Counted from the first letter of the stretch, positions 11,785 through 23,927 are shown. The stretch is DNA of 26,567 nt from Paraspadella gotoi (GCA_051294375.1 CM119263.1:29754555-29781121), one strand, 5' to 3'. The notes: generated by a model not told the origin, from the sequence alone. Numbers and translations are program-made.

Positions 11785-12107
11785 TGTTGAATAAAAGAAG
11801 AAAAGATGATGTTGACGAAGACAAAAAAAACAAAACAAAACAAAACAAAAACAAAATAAAAAATACGAAAATCGTATATCGTATATACCCAAAAAATAAC
11901 AGTTGTAGTTGATAAACGATTATAACTCAGTTAATTGATCAGCGTAATGAGCATGAAGACCACAAAGGATCTATTGAGAAAAAAAAAAGAAAAAAGAAAA
12001 AGACAACAACAACAACAACGACGACGTCAATAACGAAATCGAGACGGCGACGCAGACGCCATCAAAGCAGACGACGTCAATACAGATGACAACAACAACA
12101 AAAGGGA

Positions 12108-12144
<37 letters not shown>

Positions 12145-12361
12145 CTCGCTTCGACGTGGCCATCTTTTTTCGCTTAAGCGACATCATCTTTGTTCGCGTC
12201 GAGAATCTNNNNNNNNNNNNNNNNNNNNNNNNNCCTTAAGAATTCTAAGATCAATTTTGAAAATAAATCGCGCGGAAAAAAGTGATTTTTGAAAAATTCA
12301 TCCTCTTGTGAAAATCACCGAAGAAAGACTGGAGCATTGGTGCGAAAGAGAGGGGGGAAGG

Positions 12362-12399
<38 letters not shown>

Positions 12400-12914
12400 G
12401 AGAGAGAGACAGAGACGGACGAATTTGGAATGGTTTCGGTAAGACGCAGTTTTGGTTCAGTTAAATGATGTCGTTAGAATTTCTCCTTTCAAAGAAAATT
12501 TTAAAATTTTTCGGAAAATATTTATAGTTTTAAAAGTGAAATTTTCCGAAGCTTTAGTTATATATTTAGGTAAATACAGGTAAATGCAGACACATAGATA
12601 AAGAGAGTATGTTCGTGAATTTACATTATCGTTACAGTACAGTATATACATTGGTAACCTTTGGAATAAACTGGATTTCGAAATTATTTTCAAAAAAAGA
12701 TTTTACTACACTCGCCCAGGAAGGTTTTTCAATCATATTTAAATAATATTAAAGATAAGTTACGCAACACTTTACCAACATTTTTTTTGCCTTTTAATAA
12801 ACGAGCGAGAAAAAATTTCAACGACACTTCCATTAATTTATTAATTCAAGTAACGAGATATAATATTTATTCTCTCGAAGCTAAAATTTAAAATTTAATG
12901 ATTGAAACGGATAC

Positions 12915-13030
12915 GTAACGGGGGCTGCTGCAGCGGCTGAAGTGGCGGCTGCGGCTGCGGCAGCAGCTTGCGGAGGTGGGGTAGGAGGAAGAGGAGGAGG
13001 AGGCGGAGGAGGCAACATGATGCGAGATTT
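12915..13030 (-). CDS. Candidate low-complexity coding segment (poly-Pro/poly-Ala)
   Basis: MLPPPPPPPLPPTPPPQAAAAAAAATSAAAAAP is encoded by mixed synonymous codons rather than a pure triplet repeat. No convincing splice sites. Confidence 0.25.
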
Positions 13031-13667
13031 AATGTCAAGTTTCTTCCTCGCGTAGATTTTAACGACTTTCATTGTTTGAGTTTTTGATTATAATAAATGA
13101 CGACGATGATGAAGATGAATGATGAAAATGATGGTGATAATGACGATGATAACGATGATTGATGATGACATAGATATAATAGCAAAATTTACGGAGAAAA
13201 AACTGTACGTGGTAATTTTTTTTTTCTGAAATGTTTGAAAAAAATGTGTCAAAAATTTTCTGAAAATGTCATCTACTTTGTCATGGTCGTCTTTTTCGTC
13301 GTCGTCGTCCCCGCCGTCGTCGTCGTCATCATCATCATCATCATCATCATCATCNNNNNNNNNNNNNNNNNNNNNNNNNAGAAAAATAGAGCCAAAATAA
13401 AAAGGGGAAAAAGAGAGGCCAAAATAAAAGGGGAAAAGAAGTCAAATGAAAGGGAAAGAAGGCCAGTGAGATCCCGGGTTGAGGGGGAAGAATATCGAAA
13501 AAGTTTCCTATGATGAAGTAGAAGGATCGTTTTGGAGGTAAAACCGAATCGACGATGATGATGATGATGTGATGATGATGACATTTTCAAAAATTTTGAC
13601 ACATTTTAGTTAATAATGATCATATATACGATGAAATTCCAGCTTCTTACCTTTTCCCCACGTTCTT

Positions 13668-14000
13668 TGTTCCCTTACTAACCAAGGATATTCCGTTTCT
13701 CTGGCATACAGCGACATTCTAGTTTCGATTATGTATTAAATTATATATTAGTACAAGTTTCCGAGGCAGGCTTGGCAGCTCTGATTGGTTGCCGCCGTTT
13801 CGATAGATCTCAGTCTGATTCTATCGAGTGTAGATTTCAGACTCACTTAGTCTCACACTGCGTTTGCTATTTTTAATAAGTTTCTACATTCGCATATAGA
13901 TATTCTTCGGAAACCACGTTTTTTAATAATAAGTTTTTTGATCGCTGATTGGTGACTTTCTTTGTGATAGAGCAACATTTTACAATCTGGCTTCAGAACA
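13668..14000 (+). repeat. Candidate 5' LTR of the Pao element (333 bp)
   Basis: Starts TGTTC (13668) and ends GAACA (14000), giving 5-bp inverted TG...CA termini. Contains a TATA-like tract (~13742), two ATTGG (reverse CCAAT) motifs and AATAAG-like signals, and directly precedes the GC-rich internal region. No second copy is available to confirm it. Confidence 0.4.
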
Positions 14001-16559
14001 AGTAAGAGATTCTTAAATTTATATATATATTTACGGAGTGTGTATTAATGTTTTGTTCCCTTTGTCCAGGATTTCTAACTTTAGCTTCAAAGGCTCTTTA
14101 GCTTCAGAGAAGATCCTGGATTCGCATGACTTGATCGTCCGCCTTGTCGTCGACATCATTTTGCCGGACTTTTTCGTCAGCATCTTGAGCTAGTGGACCG
14201 GTGCCATCGTCTCTTCTGCGCCATCTCCGAATTCCTCTACTTTTGATAGCGCAGAATTAGTTCAGGGAAAGTAGCGAATCACGATACCACCTCTACGACT
14301 CAGTTCGTTACATTAGAATATCTCGTTTGCGGATCGCTTAGTTTCAAGCGTTTCGTCGAAGTTCTCTATCCTGGCGAATTCTCGGGTTCACCGAAAGAAT
14401 AACCCCAGCGTCGGTCTCTGGGGGTGGAACGAATCGACGTTCCATCATCGAAGGACTAGCTATTTTTTTCTTTCGACGACGTAAGTTAGCGGTGCTGTGT
14501 ACGATTTCGACGAGACCCCACTAGCGACGAGATCGACGATCGTCTACGGGTATTACTTTCGGATAAATTCGTCCTCCTTCTCGATACATTTCAGTGAGAT
14601 TGAAGTTCGGTCTGATTCGGTTTTATTTCTTCAAACTTCGCACGTCTGCGTACGTCTGTGAAACTTTCTCTGATTCTACGCCGCTACGATTCATCGGCGG
14701 CGAGAATAGGATTGTGAAGAAAAAGCGGCCAGTGATTCATTAGCGTCGTCGAAGCTCGAGTTCGAAAACTTCTAAGGACTTCCCTTTTCGGTTTCTCGTG
14801 ATGTTACTGTTATTTCGTGAAGACGATATCGGGCTCGCTTAAGTCATGAAAGAGAGAAATATCGATTACTTCGCAACGTTCGACAAAAACTATTTCCCAG
14901 ACCCCAATTACCTTTTCCGAATATCTGACTAACCTTCTTCAAACGACATTCATATCCTGCGACCGTACCCTTACGAATGCCACGTCTTTCTCATGGCCTC
15001 AACGTCGAAGAAGCGGTCGAGCGCATTCCGTCTGTTTGACCGGCCAAGGCCATGACGAAGAAAACATCGCGGAAGCAACGCGGATAGTACGTTATCAAAC
15101 GACTTACAACGCATCCGGTTCTGCGATATCTAGAGGAGTTGAAACGACGAGGCTATGGAAGTTTTGTCGGACTCCTCAATCGCCCCACAACATCCTTGGG
15201 CAGCCGTTTACTCGATCGCGGAGCTAACTCGATGTCGACGCGTGCTCATCGTAGAAAGCATAAGTCGACTGGACGCTCCGTTTCCGGCCGCACAGATAAC
15301 GCGCATGCCGAGCTACGGAGATCCCGCAAAAAGGGAACCAGTTTTCGGCTGAAACGATCCGACGACGGCTTCTGGCGTCATCCGGCCGTTCTCGCCTCTC
15401 CGCGTCTCCTGAAGATGGAAAGTGGAGGACACCGTCCGTTTGTTCCCGTCAGACGTCACCGGCGTCTATTGAGAACAGCGCACTGAAGAAATAATATCAT
15501 CCAACGATATTTTTAACACGGCAGCAGCGCCGGAGCCATTGGAGCCCTTAGGTCCGGAAAGGAACTGCCGCTGTAACCGGAACGACGAACTCATAGCTTA
15601 CCTCGGATATTAACGGCCAACGGATCAACCAAGCGGCCTATGAACGACGAAGCTTCGCACGTCGCGTCGAAGAGTGCGCATTTTCGGCTCATCTTTTCGA
15701 CTCTCATGGATTTTCGGATCGACTGAGAGAGATGCGTGATGAACGGAAGACGACATACGTAACGTCACCGTGCGAATCCGCATTGCAGACGAGACGGAAA
15801 GAACGAGAGAAGAAGAGAAGATTTGCAAAGGTCAGCAGATCGGCTTTTGCGAAGCCGAGAGAGACTGATTAGTCGCTGACGCTGCTTATCTACGGAACGG
15901 CAAACTGGGTCGAGGCTCAGACAGCATCCCCCCGTTTAGAGCCTCTCTTCATCATCTGTACCGGTCAATTACTCGACTTCTCGCCAGCTTACGACATAAC
16001 ATTTCATCATCGTGATCGCCGGCTCGTTAACGAAGTCGGCACGCGTGTAGAAATGCAGATCGCGCGCGGCGTTCATCGGAAGCGGATACCTCGCGAGGTC
16101 AGGCGCGGGCGTGGGAGGGGAGCCGATGACGCTCCGCCGTGCAATCTCGATTTCATCCACCAGCACTTTGGATCAATTCGCGCGTTCTAGGAACTTTGTG
16201 ACAAGGACAACGTCTGAGCGGCGGGAGAAGAGGAGCGGTCACTTCTCCGCCTCCCCCGCCTGTCGTTCTAAGGCGCTACTACGTGCCGATGACGCCGAGC
16301 GCGCTTTGTCGAGCGTGCGCCTCATTCGGCGCGTCACACTTTCACACGTTTCACGGATCCGCGGCGCATCTTCGAATCCCGGCGCCGTTGAAACGGCCTT
16401 GACGCTAGCTGCGATGGCGACGGCTTCTTGGAATCAAGCCGACTCATCGCCTTCAAATGTTCAGCGCAACGCCAAGAACAAATCGACGAAAATCGTCACG
16501 ATTGGACTTTGAACGTCAAATTCGAACTTCAAGTAGCGTCTGTGCCTTGGAGGGGCCAC

Positions 16560-17340
16560 TGACCCATGAGTTGAAGGAGCTACCCCACTGTTCGACGGTT
16601 TTACCACGATCCGTTGACCGTTTCCTACGCAATCGGACGCTACGCGCTCTTGCGACGCCCTCTGTCCTCAAGAAGAGTGGGGGATGAAGGGACGACGAGA
16701 TGAGTGATAGAGAATCCTGACGGGCCCCAAACTCGATCGAAGGACTCAGCAGGTACCATGGCGTGTTGATTACTTGCAGCAGGTTTACGATCTTGCAAGG
16801 AGACGACCGACTTGGGAACCTCGACGGGCGCCGTCATGGCGGATCTCCTATCGAACGGATGCCAATTTAACAGATAGTGGGCGAAAAAAGTGTTGTTTAC
16901 AGACAGTATCACATTGGAAGATATCTTTCCTTTATGATTTCTTGTCGTTTCTACATTAACCAAGAGTCTCGACTAGCGCCGGCGAAAAATCCAAGAACGC
17001 CGCGACGACGGAGAAAGCGAAGACGCGCAAGGTCACGTCGGTCTGCGGGAAAGCATCGAAGAAAAGAAAGCTTCGTCGCCGGTTCAGTTCCAGCAAATGC
17101 GGACGCCGGTTTCAAAGCCGGCGTCGTCGTCTGCGTCTACGCCGTCGAAGGCTCCGTCCATCCACATTCGAGGGGCGCCATTACCTGGCAGCTGTGATAA
17201 GTTTCAGCGATTGAAGCCGCCATCGCCGCAAGTTTGTCGCTCTCGCTCGCTGCTTCAACTGCTGGGAGCGGTATCGGGACCTAATTGCCCTACAAAGAGC
17301 GATGCTTTTGTAGTGGAATCACATCCGCTTCTCATGTGGA
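16560..17340 (+). pseudogene. gag: Pao Gag, C-terminal part: possible DUF1759-like region plus Cys/His zinc knuckles (frameshifted)
   Basis: HYLA-CDKFQRLKP..RRKFVA..CFNC(L)G..PNCPTK..HPLL read over shifting frames at 17179-17336 matches the Bel/Pao Gag knuckle array. PLFDG (~16586) and TWE-LDGR (~16810) are weaker matches. Confidence 0.8.
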
Positions 17341-17499
17341 CGTAGCGACCAACGTCAGAGAGCGAAGCTCAAAAGCCACTCAGGCAAAAACTGTTTGACG
17401 AGCAGCGGCGAAATGAAAAAAAATCTGACCCGCGCCGATAGGACAGGATCGACGTCGACGATAAGACGCGTGACTATGCCGAGTACCGCCGGGCGGGCA

Positions 17500-17960
17500 C
17501 GTGTACCGCCCAGTGGTGCAATCATGATCGTCGTTGGTCGACGACTATTCCAACTACGGTTATTGGATAGTGGGGTAACAAGTGCGTCATTAAGTTAATC
17601 TGCGAAGCGATTGAATCTTCCGCTTATCACGTGAATTGAAATTGACAACTCCGGCTCTGAGTCTACACTCCTAGGCCAATGGTGAAAAAGATGAAGATAT
17701 CTTCAGTTGACGACGCTTTCGATCTGGCTTGAGGAAGTCCTCGCCGTCGACATCTGTCTCGGAGATGATGCTACCTCGACTCAGGATGATATTCTTCTTT
17801 TTCTCATCTTGTGGATGTCGAATTCAGTCTCTTAACCAAGGAAATCGGATTCATTCTATCTGCCGAATATTTGGACATGAGACGGGTGAACCACCGTGAA
17901 GTAAGGATGCCCCCATGCGTTTAACTAATGGATGGACCATCGGCGGCCCACGAGCCAAGG
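17500..17960 (+). pseudogene. Pao aspartic protease region (frameshifted)
   Basis: LLDSG catalytic motif at 17560-17574, followed by EIGFIL (~17840) and GWTIGGP (17930), located between Gag and RT. Confidence 0.75.
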
Positions 17961-18089
17961 ATCGCGAGCTCCGCGGGAATTCACAGGTTACCTTCACCGT
18001 ATTAGCGTCATGAGAGCAACTCACCCGAAATCAAACGTCTCTTTGAAGCGGATTTTTCGCCGCGCATCGGCGAAGCCTCAACAAGCGTG

Positions 18090-19700
18090 CAAGATGATTG
18101 CTATGGAGCAGTTCGCGTACGATTGCGTTCGATGAAGACATCGGACATTGGAGAGTCGGGCTTCCTTGGAAGGAAGGCCGGAAAAAAGGCTGCGGAGATT
18201 CTCAACAATGCAATCGTCGGAGATGGCAGGAACAGGCTCTTGAAAGCACGGGCAAGGAGCGGCGAAGCTGCTCCGCAAAGAAGAGTCTTCAACAGTTCAG
18301 GAAATTATCGCGAAGGACATGCAATTCTATCATGATCCCACAAGTCCCGGACGGAGAACCATATGGTGTTGCCCACCATATAGCGACAGAGAAGACAAGC
18401 CGGCAATTCCCGTTTGCATGATCCAAGCTTCATGCGACGGATCAAGCCTCATGATAACTCTCACCGGCCCGACTTGATGAATATCTTCTTGGATCCTTTC
18501 CGCTTCCCGTCACGAGATCTTCTGACCTATGTGGCCGATTTTTCCATCAGTGTTCGTCGACAAAAAGATCGACGTCTTTTCGATTTTGGTGGTTGGAGAC
18601 GATACTATGGAGAGTCTCTTCTATGGAGATGATCTTCACTTTTTCGGCGCAAATCGTCGCCGACGTTGAGCTACGTGCTCAGCATCACGGCCGTACCCTT
18701 TATGGAACGTTCCATAACGCATCATCAACGACTTTTACTGACAATTTTATTGCTTTCGCACGACCTTGAGGCGCCCAAGTCCGGATCGGGCATCACGGAA
18801 GCGATGAACTGGAGGCTTTGACCTGTATGCTGGCGGTCATCGCATAAGGAGGGTTGGAGGATGATACGCTGCGTTGAAAGGAATGGGAAAGACATCAAAA
18901 CCTTCAGTGATGAGAGCGATGATAATTGGAGAAGGTTTAGGCGTTGCCTTTGTTTCTCACAGATATTTTCTCGTTCAACGGAACAAGAGAAGGTGGAACT
19001 GAAGTCAAACGTCGGCAATGCTCTCACTCCTAGCTACTCTTTGATCGATGGGGTTCGTGGCACCCTTCACCTGCGTGGAAGGGAATTTTTAGGGGAACGA
19101 AAGAAAAAACTGTGGGATGACCCTATATCAAGGGCTTCATGCGAGATCACAATGGCGGCAAGAGGTTGTGAACTCTTCCATCGGATTCCTCGCTGGATTC
19201 GACGAAGGAAGACTACGCATGCGGTGCCGGAAATGCACATCTTCTCCATGCCTCGAGTTGGCTAGGCGTCGTCTGTATCGTCGCGTCGAAGTCCATCTGA
19301 GACTCATGTGGCATATTTCTTTGAAAGTCACGTGTAGTGCCGTTGTCTTCGAGAAGTGTTTTCACATGAGTCAATTCGCGGCTGGACTTACCGCGCGAAA
19401 CTCCCCCGAGCTTCTCTATCTGTGCTGGATCAAGTTTTCATGCAGAATATTCGAGAGTTGTTTCTGGAGGATTCGCATAACGTATCAAGCAAATTCGACG
19501 AGAATAAGTGGTTATCCGTTTTTCAAAATGAATCTCTCGAATTCGTAAATTTCCGAGCCGACGAAATGGAGATATTCCAAACTGCCGAAAATCGGCGGAT
19601 ATGGAGTCGAGGACTATCTGCGGGAAAAATGGATGATGGATGAAGTTCTACCTGGACCTGATTCTTTGGAGACCGGAATCAACTTGGCCCGATCAAACGT
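18090..19700 (+). pseudogene. pol: Pao reverse transcriptase plus RNase H (peptidase A17-annotated) region (frameshifted)
   Basis: VGLPWK, LPHH, GPDLMN-like, FGA-SSP, FY-DN (YxDD equivalent), KKLWDDPI, IPRW, MHIFS(D)AS, VL-WI-like and NPAD-SRG-like motifs occur in order. Confidence 0.88.
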
Positions 19701-20099
19701 TTTGATTCCTGAAACGAAGATCTCCGGAGCTGTCCCGAGAAAAGTGCGGCTATTGACCCCTCGTCGTCTCCTGCCTCATCGCCATTTTCCGCTGATTGTG
19801 GATCTCGATTACTCCCCAAGTTTTCATCTTGGCGCCGCGATCGCAAAGACGGTTTGCTTCTGCGCGTGTTGGAGACCTTTGCGTTTGAAAGGACTTCAAC
19901 GAATCTGCGGCCAAAGAAAATTCCTCGAATCTACATCGTCGATATTAATCGGCAGCGGATCGCCTCATTCCTTGATTCATTGAAAGAGATGAATTTCTTG
20001 TCGAAAATCGGTCACGTCGCACTTCGAAAGGATTGAAATTAAAATTCGCCTCTTCGTAAGTGCTCCTTCGTCTACACGGGGAAAATGGCGTCGCGGACG

Positions 20100-21215
20100 C
20101 TTGTAAACGCCGTCGCTTTCCTTCGAGGCGAAACATCCATCATTTTGCCTCTGACGACGATCATGTTCGCGCCTTATCCGAGATTTCATAAGCGAGTCAG
20201 CGGGAATTGAGCATATCTGCAGTGAAATACGACCAATACTGGATCCTCCGGGCGCAAGCTGTCCGTCGAGTCTTCACCAAATGCGTCTACTGTCAAAAAC
20301 CTACAAGCACCGGAACACAGAAAATGGCGCCCTTCCGAGCTTCAGACGGCCCCAGGGCGCGTTCGGAACGTCGCGTCGATGCGCTTGGGCTTCGCACAAG
20401 ATCGGGCCGTGCCAATAAGCTGGGTGGCGCTCTTTACCTGCTATATTCTCGGCCGTTCATCTTGAGAGTTATTTTCTCTCTCGACTTCGTCTTCATAAAT
20501 TGCCTTCGATGCGCGAATGAACGAAGGCCGGGATACGCACTCTTCAGCGATAACGAAACAAATTTCAAAGGTGCCGACAAAGCTCTGCGCGACGCTATAA
20601 AGGAGTGGAACCGAACCGACAATGATAAAATCCATTGTCTTGGTTCGACTGATTCGCGCCTGCCTCTCACGCGCACTACGTGGAGTTTGACTGATGGTTT
20701 CGCTCGGCTAAGCGACATTCTCTAGCCCTACTTGGGCGAAGGCGCTGTGGATGGAGACGTTTCGCACCGTCATCACCGGCGCCAAGGAATCATAATCGTC
20801 GGCCTTTAACGCGATTAAGCAGCGATGCTCAAGCTCCTACTTTAACGCCAGCTGATTTATTATATCCGGGAGTTCGCGATAGGAACGACGCCGTCTCTTA
20901 CCACCGGCGCCGTCTTCCGGCGATGCGTGCGTCTGGAGTATAAGCAGCGTGGGATCTGATTCTCAATTCGAGCGACGCTTTCTCCCATTATTTACCTAAT
21001 CTCAACGCCGCGAACCGTTGCAAACGACGCAGCGGATCTTAAAGTCGGCCATCGTCTTCTGTTGACGAACCAAAGTCGAGGAACGATGGATCTGCGGTAT
21101 CGAAAGTGCATGGCGACGACACGCAGTGCGACGCGCGTTCGTGCGGACGCGAATGGAAAAATATTTGAACGCGATCTTAAATCGTCCGTTTGAACTATAT
21201 GAGTGAAAGTAAAAA
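20100..21215 (+). pseudogene. pol: Pao integrase (H2C2 zinc finger, DDE core, C-terminal DUF5641-like region), frameshifted
   Basis: ORF 20207..20725 carries QYWILRAQAVRRVFTKCVYCQK..QKMAP and FSDNETNFKGADKALRDAIKEWN. Adjacent frames give WVALFTC, AVHLE, NRRPLT, LTPADL, YLPNL and LKVG. Confidence 0.93.
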
Positions 21216-21903
21216 AACGAATCCTCATCCTCAAAGAACTAAAACTCTTGTGACTATTTATTCCTTATTGCAGCATACCGAATTACTTTCAGAGGCTTCC
21301 GATCGAAAACGAAATTCGTTTTACCAAATTTGCTTTGGATTTCGCTTCGATCGAATTACCCCATAGGGACTGACCAATTCAGAAATCAGATTAAATGTTT
21401 TTCAGATTGAATTTTTTGATTTTTTATTTTACGTTAAGCAATGATTTTTCAAAACTGTTTCTTTGGTAAGTGTACAATTTAAGAATTTATTTATATTTTC
21501 AGTGCTTGAAGTAGGGTTTTTAGAAAAAAATTATTTTTATTTATTTATTTCGATTTCCGTAATGCGATTCCCTACTCGAAAATTTTTTCTTCAGATTTTG
21601 ACAGTAAAAATGTAAATTTTGGATTATTCGAATTCGTTTAATATATTATGTACGAATTTCAAACTTATGATAAGTGAAATTGGGATTTGGCGTAAGTCGT
21701 ATCGTTTATCTCGATTTTTTAATTCATTTATTCGATTTTTCAGCGTACGTCACCACGGCCTGTTCAATTTTGAAGTTCGCGATTTGTATATTTTTGGAAA
21801 AAAAGAAAAAATATTTTTTTATGCCTCCCATATATTTTTTTCTGGTTTTCAATACGGGCGTGGCGGGTTTGTCGCTCGTCTTTTTTTTCTCCCTTTTTCT
21901 TAG

Positions 21904-22466
21904 GTTGACCGTCTTTTTCTGTACCGCTTATCGGAGGTTCAAGTTTGACGTGGAAAGAACTCTTTCTCAAATATTCAAAAGCTTCGAAATGCAGACCACT
22001 ACAAGTCGCAGGTGTTGCGTGTGGCACATTCCGGTGCGAGGACGGGAATTGTCTCGTCTTCCACACCGTTCCTGCGGGATGGCAGTTTCAGCGGATGGTT
22101 GTCGGCGCGTCTTTTGACGGACATCGTTCTCTGGAGACCCCGGTGCCGGATCGAAGGGACTGCGGAAGTGCTGTGGTACTGGCCACATGGATTCATTCTT
22201 TTCCGGCTCCTCTGAGGTCGATAGATGCCTCACTGCTCTCAGGGCGAGCGGCCTATTCAATTCCTGTAACTCTACAGAGATCCCGCTCTGTGGGATGGGA
22301 CGAATATGCCGTCGATCTCGACCTCTCCTCCGTGGGAGGCGAAATTGGTGCGGATTTAGAATCTGACTCAGACAAGAGCATGTGCCGCAGGCTCTGCAAC
22401 GGCGCCGGCGCTTCGAAAGGGAGACGACAACGCCGGGAGCCGATCCTCTTCTTCCGAAGGCGGTGA
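21904..22466 (+). CDS. Candidate exon/ORF of unknown product downstream of the Pao integrase
   Basis: Polypyrimidine tract plus tag acceptor at 21903, then a GC-rich non-repetitive island with a 173-codon open frame (21945..22466) containing several Cys and Trp. I recognise no domain. Confidence 0.35.
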
Positions 22467-23448
22467 AACCCCCGCCTCCTCTCTTATTGGCTTCTCTTTC
22501 GGTTTTAATCCTCCCTTTTCTTTCCCTTTCCTTTCCTTTTTTCTCCTTTCCTTTCCAAACCATTCCTTTCTATTCCTTTCCTTTCTATTCCTTTCCTTTC
22601 CTTTCCTTTCCTTTCATCTCCTTTCCTCTCCTTTCCTTTCCTTTCCATCCCTCTCTATCTTTTCTTTTTATTTCACTCTCGTTCTCCTTTCTTTCTATCC
22701 TCGTTTATTATTTCTCCTTTATCATCCTTCTATTTCCTCCTTCCTTATTTCCCCCCCCCCTCGATATTCTATTTCTTCCCCTTTATTTTTATTCCTCCTT
22801 CATTCCCCAACACCCTCCCTCCCTTTACACCCTTGCCCCTCCCCCCGCACACCCCGATTGGAACCCGCGAGGACGAAATTCTGGTTTGTGTCAACGTTTA
22901 CCGATTTAATTGACTATCGGCTAAACCGTCTCTACCTCGGGGTGCGGGGAGGAGAAAGGGTAATAAGGGCGTAAAGTGGGAGAAGGAATCAGAATAATTT
23001 GGGAGGAAAACAGAATTTTAGATGGAATGAGAGTCTACGTGTCATGTCATGTCATGTTCCTGGCAAATATAAATACCTAAAATTAAAAAAAAGGATATTT
23101 GATATTTATTTATTAAAAAAAACCATTTAAAAAGACCACGGGATTTTTGCAAAGATATTTAAACGTCAGCTTCCCAAAAATCCTTATCAATGAAAGCGAA
23201 ATGACAAAGAGGCACAAAACATCTCCTCAGGTCATGTGCCATAACTGCCAAAGGCTCTGTTACCGAAATGACTCCGGAGGCTGGCAATAAATGCCATCAA
23301 CTGCCATAACTGAAATGGGTCCAAAGTGACGTTTGCCATCGGCGGAATGCGCTCAGCCAAAAAAAAAGAGAGAAAAGACTGCATGGGTGTTTTTTTTCCA
23401 TCAGGTTGTCTGGGATTAAATTTCGAGATGGGGAGAAAGAGAGGAAGA

Positions 23449-23484
<36 letters not shown>

Positions 23485-23895
23485 CAGGGAGAGAGAGAGA
23501 GAGTTATATATATATTAGCTTCCTTTGCATTTTTCCCCTCTTTCCTTTTTTTTTAAACATTTTTTTTCGCCTTTTGCTATTTTCTTTTCTTGGAGAAAAT
23601 TACGCCTCTGGTGGCGGAAAAAAGGAAAAATAGTTTATGGAGAAAAAAAGAGAAAATGGGGAAGACGACGATGACGACGACGATGAAGATGAAGACGACG
23701 ACCATGGACTACGATGACGATGNNNNNNNNNNNNNNNNNNNNNNNNNACATCTCTCTCTCTTTCTTTTTCTTTCTTTCTCTCTCTTTTATTTCTCTCTCT
23801 CTTTTCTTCTCTCTCTTTTCTCTCTCTCTCTCTCTTCTCTCCTCTCTCTCTCTCTCTCTCTCTTCTCTTTTTCTTCTATTTTTTCTTTCTTTTCT

Positions 23896-23927
<32 letters not shown>

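Larger units (their letters stand above)
13668..21215 (+). mobile_element. Bel/Pao-family LTR retrotransposon (candidate 5' LTR, long leader, gag-pro-RT-RNaseH-IN), frameshift-riddled; 3' LTR not found; boundaries approximate
   Basis: Manual translation across frames gives Pao motifs in canonical order: Gag CFNC..HPLL (17251-17336), LLDSG (17560), GWTIGGP (17930), VGLPWK (18155), LPHH (18369), G(P)DLMN (18466), FGA-SSP (18643), DFY-DN (18730), WDDP (19113), MHIFS(D)AS (19233), N(P)AD-SRG (19590), YWI..CxxC (20237), WVALFTC/AVHLE (20421-20466), SDNETNFKGA (20546), NRRPLT (20794), YLPNL/LKVG (20989-21050). GC and CpG content are also visibly higher than in the flanks. Confidence 0.93.

Noticed and set aside
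22458-22478. Hairpin aggcgg-tgaaaccc-ccgcct resembling a rho-independent terminator
   Set aside because: The context is eukaryotic, and a 6-bp stem is expected by chance.
21967-22563. 198-aa minus-strand ORF
   Set aside because: It begins in a (GGAAA)n-like repeat, has no recognisable motif, and is probably the shadow of the plus-strand GC-rich island.
23050-23350. Possible 3' LTR starting TGTTCC (~23054)
   Set aside because: No similarity to 13668-14000 beyond the first six bases.
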